Source of the DNA: an uncultured Parachlamydiaceae bacterium
Lineage (GTDB): Bacteria > Chlamydiota > Chlamydiia > Chlamydiales > Parachlamydiaceae
Direction of reading: 5' to 3'
Assembly (NCBI GenBank): GCA_963752155.1
Contig: CAVVXH010000014.1
Location: forward strand, 1-11,628
DNA: 11,628 nucleotides
Shown: positions 1 to 5,305 of the stretch, piece by piece
Numbering within the stretch: the first letter of the stretch is position 1
How the letters are laid out: each line of letters opens with the position of its first letter
Program-made: the position numbers and the translations under genes
The notes under the pieces: generated by a model
The model's database searches: none
What the model saw: the letters and a program-made list of their open reading frames with translations, nothing else
Told to the model about the DNA's origin: nothing

Positions 1-708
1 ATGTGTGATCCCAATCGTTCGGATTTTATCCCTCAGTATAACAATTTAAATATGTTATCGCCTCAAGGGGTTCCGATGAATGTAAGTCCTGGGCGTTTGC
101 CTGCTCAACATTTTGTTTTTGTTCCAACGCCGACTCAATTTCCGCCACATAATCATGTGTTTGTCGCTCAGCCGGTGATTCAAGGACAAACAAAAGTTAA
201 CTGTCAATTTTTGCATGTCACGATGGAAAAATTGAGTTTAGCTCAGGATGAATTGCATAGGCAATTCGGAGATTTGACAAGATCTTCAATTCCAATGCTT
301 GATTATGCGAAAGCTAGAGAAAATGATGCTCTAAATTATCTTCAACAAGCTGAGGCTATACGTGTCCAAGGGGCCAATATGCCTATAGGGAATTTTCAAG
401 AGAGATCTGAAATCATTTATCAAAGGGCTGTTACGCAAAGAAATACAGCTCATGATTTGCTGGAAAGAGAGAGAGCGAAGACTCTAGTGCCTTCTCATCA
501 ACCGCATTTCCTAAATGTTCCCTTGTCCCAACAGGGACGGTCTCTTGATCCAAATCAAATTCAGCATGCTAGACCCATCCAGGCTGGTCCAGTCTATGCA
601 AGAGTTCCTTTGGGGTCTCAGGGAATTGGGCAAGGCCAAGTACAGGTACCACAACAAAGACAACCTCTGTCTAAGTTTGGACAGGGTGGTGTGGTTGTAC
701 CTAAATAA
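1..708 (+). CDS. Hypothetical Pro/Gln/Val-rich protein with a central helical segment (orphan, candidate secreted effector)
   Basis: 235-aa ORF from ATG at base 1 to TAA at 706-708. Low-complexity P/Q-rich termini flank a helical-looking middle (MEKLSLAQDELHRQ...LLERERAK). No family recognised. The true start could lie upstream of the window. Confidence 0.7.
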   Translation: MCDPNRSDFIPQYNNLNMLSPQGVPMNVSPGRLPAQHFVFVPTPTQFPPHNHVFVAQPVIQGQTKVNCQFLHVTMEKLSLAQDELHRQFGDLTRSSIPMLDYAKARENDALNYLQQAEAIRVQGANMPIGNFQERSEIIYQRAVTQRNTAHDLLERERAKTLVPSHQPHFLNVPLSQQGRSLDPNQIQHARPIQAGPVYARVPLGSQGIGQGQVQVPQQRQPLSKFGQGGVVVPK

Positions 709-723
709 TGGATGAAGATAAGA

Positions 724-755
724 TGGAAAATGTTTCTTTAAGGAAACATTTTCCA
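724..755. repeat. 32-bp near-perfect palindrome (possible terminator hairpin or operator)
   Basis: TGGAAAATGTTTC (724-736) and GAAACATTTTCCA (743-755) are a perfect 13-bp inverted repeat around TTTAAG, located between ORF1 and ORF2. Confidence 0.8.
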
Positions 756-796
756 ATTGATGAATTGTTAAAAATATAGATATTAAAGGAAAATTT

Positions 797-1312
797 ATGA
801 ATAATGATGCTTTTGTGCGATTACCTGTAGGAGGAGTGTTTGTTCCAGCTCCACAGCCAAATAAAAATATACCTTTGTCGAAGCAAAATCCACACCAGCA
901 AAGTGATGGGTCGGATGGACAATATACCCCTAGACCTGATACTCAAAAATTACATACTTACGTTTACGTTCCATCAGAACCAGAAGTTGTTGCTGTCCCT
1001 TTGGGGGTGCAAATTCAGCAACCGGTTATTAAGCGGGGGCAGAATTCGCGACCATCTACATCTACTGTCGTAGTGGAGCAACCAAGAGAAAATCAACAAT
1101 TCCATGCACCGTATGTTGTGGTTCCACAACCTGGACAAGACCTGGAATCTCCTGTTTTTGTGCCTCGACCCAGATCAAATTTTATTCGAGAACTCACTTG
1201 GCTTAGATTTTCCAAAAATGGAGTAAGGGGAGTGGGAATGTTAAGTACTGCTTTCCTTATAATTGGATTGCTTTTAGCTCTTTTTTATCTAAGAACCGTG
1301 CCAAGAAGATAA
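797..1312 (+). CDS. Hypothetical Pro/Gln/Val-rich protein with a C-terminal transmembrane anchor
   Basis: 171-aa ORF with an AAGGA RBS-like motif just upstream. C-terminal hydrophobic helix (GVGMLSTAFLIIGLLLALFYL) followed by basic RTVPRR. Confidence 0.75.
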   Translation: MNNDAFVRLPVGGVFVPAPQPNKNIPLSKQNPHQQSDGSDGQYTPRPDTQKLHTYVYVPSEPEVVAVPLGVQIQQPVIKRGQNSRPSTSTVVVEQPRENQQFHAPYVVVPQPGQDLESPVFVPRPRSNFIRELTWLRFSKNGVRGVGMLSTAFLIIGLLLALFYLRTVPRR

Positions 1313-1314
1313 TT

Positions 1315-1473
1315 AAGGACAGCAAGGACAGCAAGGACGACAAGGACAACAAGGACGACAAGGAACATCGATCATTGCGATGATAGTCCTTTATTGCCGT
1401 TTTCTGTCCTTGCTTGTTGTCCTTGTTGTCCCTGTCGTCCTTGTTGTCCTTGTCGTCCTTGCTGTCCTTGTTG
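1315..1473. repeat. Palindromic element of tandem 9-mers (AAGGACRRC)n ... (GYYGTCCTT)n, copy 1
   Basis: Left arm: 5 full units at 1315-1359 plus a partial AAGGA. Right arm: 6 reverse-complement units at 1416-1469, with degenerate units near 1383-1411. 1323-1360 and 1433-1470 form a perfect 38-bp inverted repeat. Confidence 0.95.
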
Positions 1474-1508
1474 CTATCTCTCTTTTCTCCACCTTCATCA
1501 AAAGCCCC

Positions 1509-1537
1509 TTGACTTGTCAATCCATTAAATATAAAAT
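1509..1537 (+). promoter_or_regulatory. Putative sigma66/sigma70 promoter for the yitT cluster
   Basis: TTGACT (1509-1514), 17-bp spacer, TAAAAT (1532-1537), about 30 bp upstream of the ATG at 1567. Confidence 0.65.
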
Positions 1538-1566
1538 AAGGCTTAACTCATATATAAGTATTTACA

Positions 1567-2502
1567 ATGCAATCTCTCTCAGCTTCTACCAAAACGTTTG
1601 GCTCACAAGTTTTCATGTATTCAGCCATGGCCCTCGGGGCCTTTTTGGCCGCCTTCGCAATTGCTGTTTTTTTTGTTCCAAATCATTTAATTGATGGCGG
1701 CACCGTAGGTATTGCGATGATTTTGGCAAATCTATTCGGACAAAACCTATTTCCTCTTTTCATCATGGCTACCCTTCTACCCTTCATTTACCTAGCCTAC
1801 CGATCTATTGGGAAAACTTTTGTCATTCACGCTTTAGCTGCTCTAATTCTTTTTTCGGTATTTAGCTACCTTCTTCATGCGTATCCCCCCTTTTCTTTCA
1901 CCGGCGAAAGTATTGAAATTGTCGTCATTGGAGGCTGTATTTACGGAATCGGGATTGGGCTAATCATTCGTTACGGAGCTTGCCTTGATGGGACTGAAAT
2001 TCTTGGAATTATTGTAAATAGAACAACAGGTTTTACTGTTGGTCAAGTCGTATTCGTTTGCAACATCTTCGTTTTTGGCGCCTATGGCTTTTTATTCCAA
2101 GATTGGCACGCCCCTTTGCTTTCATTAATCACTTTTATGGTCGTTGCTAAGGTCATGGACCTCGTTGTTGTAGGTTTCGATGAAACTAAGTCTGTCCTCA
2201 TCATCTCCCCAAAATCACGCGATATTTCCGACGCAATCATTCATGAACTCGGATTAGGACTTACAGTCATGTATGGGCGCGGTGGATTTTCCGGTGAAGA
2301 ACAAGAGATCCTTTACGTCATCGTCGAGAGATTACAGCTTTCTGATCTCAAAGATATCATCTATCGCGTTGATCCGTCCGCCTTCATTGCCATCGAAAAT
2401 CTGCACGAAGTGGCAAATGGTAAACAAGGCTACAAATCCATCAATAAAAAAGCTCGCACCGACGGGGTCCTCACGCGTATCTTCAGCAGTGTGAAAAATT
2501 GA
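1567..2502 (+). CDS. YitT family membrane protein (UPF0750) with C-terminal DUF2179 PII-like domain
   Basis: 311 aa, multiple TM helices. Family motifs PNHLIDGGTVGIA and GIGLIIRYGACLDGTEILGII. Soluble C-terminus GLTVMYGRGGFSGEEQEILYVIVERLQL...VDPSAFIAI. Confidence 0.9.
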   Translation: MQSLSASTKTFGSQVFMYSAMALGAFLAAFAIAVFFVPNHLIDGGTVGIAMILANLFGQNLFPLFIMATLLPFIYLAYRSIGKTFVIHALAALILFSVFSYLLHAYPPFSFTGESIEIVVIGGCIYGIGIGLIIRYGACLDGTEILGIIVNRTTGFTVGQVVFVCNIFVFGAYGFLFQDWHAPLLSLITFMVVAKVMDLVVVGFDETKSVLIISPKSRDISDAIIHELGLGLTVMYGRGGFSGEEQEILYVIVERLQLSDLKDIIYRVDPSAFIAIENLHEVANGKQGYKSINKKARTDGVLTRIFSSVKN

Positions 2503-2521
2503 GTTTAAAGAAGGAGCTTGG

Positions 2522-3799
2522 ATGGATCCCGAAGATAGGCCAAATCCCGATGAACTATTACAGGCCATTCAACAAACTGAATCAAAGACCAGCAAAGGCA
2601 AGCTAAAAATTTTTCTGGGCATGGCTGCCGGAGTGGGTAAAACCTATGCAATGCTTCAAGCTGCTCAGGATTTGCAAAGTCAGGGTGTTAACGTTGTCGT
2701 AGGGAGTATCGATACCCATGGCCGCAAAGAAACGGCAGCTCTTTTAGAAAATCTCAAAATAATTCCTCCTCAGACAATTGTGTATCGAGGGTCGACCTTT
2801 GAAGAGTTGAATTTAACTGAAATCCTCCGTACTAAACCTCAACTTGTTTTAGTCGACGAACTTGCACACAGTAGTGTTCCAGGTAGCTCTCATGCCAAAC
2901 GTTGGCAAGATGTGATGGAGATTTTAGATTATGGAATCGATGTCTATTCAACTCTTAATGTTCAACATATCGAAAGCTTAAAAGAATTTGTGGAAAGTAT
3001 CACAGGGATTCTAATTCGAGAAATGGTTCCTGACTCTGTCATTGAAAGTGCTGCTTATATTGAAATTGTTGACATCACTCCCCAAGAACTGCTAGTGAGG
3101 CTTAAACAAGGAAAAGTTTATTTAGGGGATAAATCTACAGTTGCGGCTCGCAACTTTTTTCAGACGGATCGCCTTACAGCTTTAAGAGAAATTATATTTA
3201 GGTACGCCGCTGAAAAGATTGACCATGAGCTTCATAACATGGTCTCTATAGCAAGTCGTTCCATTGGCTGGAAACATAGAGAAAAATTACTTGTGGCAAT
3301 CGGTCACACTTTACATTCTCAAAAATTGATAAGAACCACTCGGCGTTTGGCATTCAATCTAAATTCTCCCTGGATAGCTCTGCATGTTAATGATGGATCT
3401 TCTCTTGAAAAAAAGGATGCTGATATTCTCGCTAAAAACCTTGCAATGGCCCGAGACCTAGGGGCTGAAGTCGTTATTGTTGAGGATACCAATATCGCTA
3501 ATGCTATTCAGAACATTGCCCGTCATCACGGAGTTACCCAAGTTGTCATCGGTCAAATTTCTTCACACACTCCTTTCGATTTCCTGTTCAAACGCACTCT
3601 AGTCGATGATCTAGCTCATTATTCTAACGATTTTGATATCCATATTGTTAGAAAATCAGTAGATGAACAGTTGCAAAACACTCACTATTCTTTGTCCTCT
3701 CTTTTAAAAAACAAATATTGTTTGATCCTCATCGGATTAATCTCCTTATTTCTCTTCTGCATTATTTTCTTGTTCCTCCTCAAAAAATCGAGTATATAG
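2522..3799 (+). CDS. kdpD: KdpD-like protein: KdpD N-terminal sensor domain + USP domain + one C-terminal TM helix, with no histidine kinase domain
   Basis: RPNPDELL, GKLKIFLGMAAGVGKTYAML (Walker A-like), DTHGRKET, LVLVDELAHS, KRWQDV, STLNVQHIESL, RLKQGKVY, LTALRE. USP region LLVAIG...LARDLGAEV-like...VTQVVIG. AAGGAG RBS at 2511-2516. Confidence 0.9.
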   Translation: MDPEDRPNPDELLQAIQQTESKTSKGKLKIFLGMAAGVGKTYAMLQAAQDLQSQGVNVVVGSIDTHGRKETAALLENLKIIPPQTIVYRGSTFEELNLTEILRTKPQLVLVDELAHSSVPGSSHAKRWQDVMEILDYGIDVYSTLNVQHIESLKEFVESITGILIREMVPDSVIESAAYIEIVDITPQELLVRLKQGKVYLGDKSTVAARNFFQTDRLTALREIIFRYAAEKIDHELHNMVSIASRSIGWKHREKLLVAIGHTLHSQKLIRTTRRLAFNLNSPWIALHVNDGSSLEKKDADILAKNLAMARDLGAEVVIVEDTNIANAIQNIARHHGVTQVVIGQISSHTPFDFLFKRTLVDDLAHYSNDFDIHIVRKSVDEQLQNTHYSLSSLLKNKYCLILIGLISLFLFCIIFLFLLKKSSI

Positions 3800-3856
3800 A
3801 GGGAATTGCAAGAAGTATTTTTTGCAATTTCTCCAACAATTCATCGAGGGATTACA

Positions 3857-4231
3857 ATGTTACGTACAATTGCATTCATTACGGGAATCATCTTCATCGT
3901 CTTTGCAGTGTTAGGGTTCATGCCCGAATTCGTTTCTGGAAACAAATTGTTTGGGATCTTTGCTGTTAACACTCTTCATAATTTCATGCATCTCGTGGTG
4001 GGAATTGTAGCTCTTCTATGTAGCTTAAAAAGCATGAAAGCATCTCGGTACTTCTTTATTGGCTTGGGATTGATTTTTGGAATGATGGCACTAACAGGAC
4101 TCTATGACGACTCTGTAGCTCTATTCCGTTACATTGCTACAAATAGTGCAAACACCTGGTTGCGTGCAGCTATCGCAGCACTTTCATTATACATTGCAAT
4201 TACTTTCTCGCGTAAAAAGTCTCAGGATTAA
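3857..4231 (+). CDS. DUF4383-like small integral membrane protein
   Basis: ATG at 3857 with GAGGG RBS at 3846-3850, preferred over the TTG at 3806. 124 aa, about 4 hydrophobic helices, motif LFGIFAVNTLHNFMHL. Confidence 0.75.
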   Translation: MLRTIAFITGIIFIVFAVLGFMPEFVSGNKLFGIFAVNTLHNFMHLVVGIVALLCSLKSMKASRYFFIGLGLIFGMMALTGLYDDSVALFRYIATNSANTWLRAAIAALSLYIAITFSRKKSQD

Positions 4232-4237
4232 ATTACT

Positions 4238-4918
4238 ATGGACTCAGCTGAAGAGTATAGCTCAAAAATCTTTTCCACGGACTCTTGGAGAGTATTCCGT
4301 ATTATTTCAGAATTGGTGGAAGGTTTTGAAACAATGACACAGATCGGTCCGGCAGTATCGATCTTTGGCTCTGCTCGTCTTCAGCCTGCCAGTCCTTACT
4401 ATAATCTTGCCATTGATGCAGCACAACATATATCTAAAAAAGGCTTTGCAATCATTACTGGGGGTGGTCCGGGGATCATGGAAGCTGCTAACAAAGGGGC
4501 TCAATCTGTTAATGGTGCTTCTTGTGGCCTAAGTATTGACTTGCCCATGGAAGGAAAACCCAATCCTTTCCTTGATCAAAAATATAATCTTCGATTCCGT
4601 TATTTTTTTATTAGAAAAGTAATGTTTATTCGCTATGCACAGGGGTATGTATTTTTACCGGGTGGAGTGGGGACTCTCGATGAACTTTTCGAGGCACTCA
4701 CATTGATTCAGACTAAAAAAATTCGTCCATTTCCTATTTATTTGATGGGAACTTCGTATTGGAAAGGAATGATCGAATGGATGACAAATACGGTGCTGGC
4801 AAATGGGTGTATTTCCCAATCTGACCTCGAATTAGTGCATATGACGGATGACCCGCAAGAAGTAGCGAATGGGATTGAAAGGCATTATCAACGTTCACGA
4901 TCCGAGCATTTGTTTTAG
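4238..4918 (+). CDS. LOG family (TIGR00730-type Rossmann fold) nucleotide monophosphate phosphoribohydrolase
   Basis: VSIFGSAR, IITGGGPGIMEAANKGA, FRYFFIRKVMF and the LOG signature PGGVGTLDELFEALTLIQT. Confidence 0.92.
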   Translation: MDSAEEYSSKIFSTDSWRVFRIISELVEGFETMTQIGPAVSIFGSARLQPASPYYNLAIDAAQHISKKGFAIITGGGPGIMEAANKGAQSVNGASCGLSIDLPMEGKPNPFLDQKYNLRFRYFFIRKVMFIRYAQGYVFLPGGVGTLDELFEALTLIQTKKIRPFPIYLMGTSYWKGMIEWMTNTVLANGCISQSDLELVHMTDDPQEVANGIERHYQRSRSEHLF

Positions 4919-4983
4919 GTATTGCTGTAACACTTTGATTTTAAACGAGATAAATGTCTATTTTTTCTATGATGAAAAATCAC

Positions 4984-5012
4984 TTGCTCGAAATTCCCAT
5001 AATTTATATATT
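4984..5012 (+). promoter_or_regulatory. Putative promoter for the tRNA pair
   Basis: TTGCTC (4984-4989), 17-bp spacer, TATATT (5007-5012), ending 15 bp before tRNA-Val. Confidence 0.55.
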
Positions 5013-5027
5013 GATCTGTATACGTGA

Positions 5028-5100
5028 GGGCGTATAGCTCAGTTGGTAGAGCTCCTGTCTTACACACAGGCGGTCATAGGTTCGAGTCCTGTTGCGCCCA
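5028..5100 (+). tRNA. tRNA-Val(TAC)
   Basis: Acceptor GGGCGTA/TGCGCCC plus A. D arm AGCTCAGTTGGTAGAGC. Anticodon arm CCTGT-CT-TAC-AC-ACAGG (TAC at 5061-5063). T loop GGTTCGAGTCC. CCA not encoded. Confidence 0.97.
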
Positions 5101-5114
5101 TGTTTCACTCCAAT

Positions 5115-5188
5115 GCGGGAGTAGTTCAATTGGTTAGAGCACTGCCCTGTCACGGCAGAAGTTGCGGGTTCGAGCCCCGTCTCCCGCG
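5115..5188 (+). tRNA. tRNA-Asp(GTC)
   Basis: Acceptor GCGGGAG/CTCCCGC plus G. Anticodon arm CTGCC-CT-GTC-AC-GGCAG (GTC at 5149-5151). T loop GGTTCGAGCCC. CCA not encoded. Confidence 0.97.
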
Positions 5189-5197
5189 TCTCCTAAG

Positions 5198-5305
5198 AAG
5201 AAAGGACAACAAGGATGGCAAACAAGCCTCATTAATGACATTGAAAGATTTGTTCCGCCCTTCCTGTTGTCCTTGTCGTCCTTGTTGTCCTTGCCGTCCT
5301 TTCTT
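5198..5305. repeat. Palindromic element of tandem 9-mers, copy 2
   Basis: Left arm AAGA-AAGGACAAC-AAGGATGGC (5198-5219). Right arm GTTGTCCTT-GTCGTCCTT-GTTGTCCTT-GCCGTCCTT-TCTT (5266-5305). Terminal AAGAAAGGAC/GTCCTTTCTT is a perfect inverted repeat. It fills the gap between tRNA-Asp and the convergent dinG stop. Confidence 0.9.

Noticed and set aside
1315..1473. CRISPR array interpretation of the repeats
   Set aside because: Units are 9 bp, directly abutting and inverted between arms. There are no unique spacers between direct repeats and no cas genes.
1257..1694. ORFs 1257-1520 (-) and 1380-1694 (+) with KDN/KDD and VVL repeats
   Set aside because: They are translations of the stop-free 9-mer array and overlap real genes and the yitT promoter. 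There is no independent sign of coding.
3806..3856. TTG start extension of the DUF4383-like ORF
   Set aside because: The ATG at 3857 has an RBS and begins the first TM helix, while the extension runs through an intergenic hairpin.
4961..4979. TTTTTC/GAAAAA hairpin after the LOG gene as a terminator
   Set aside because: The stem is short and almost all A-T with no U tract, which is expected by chance in AT-rich DNA.
5115..5305. Integrative element at the tRNA-Asp 3' end
   Set aside because: No integrase is present, I saw no duplicated tRNA 3' end in the window, and housekeeping dinG follows immediately.
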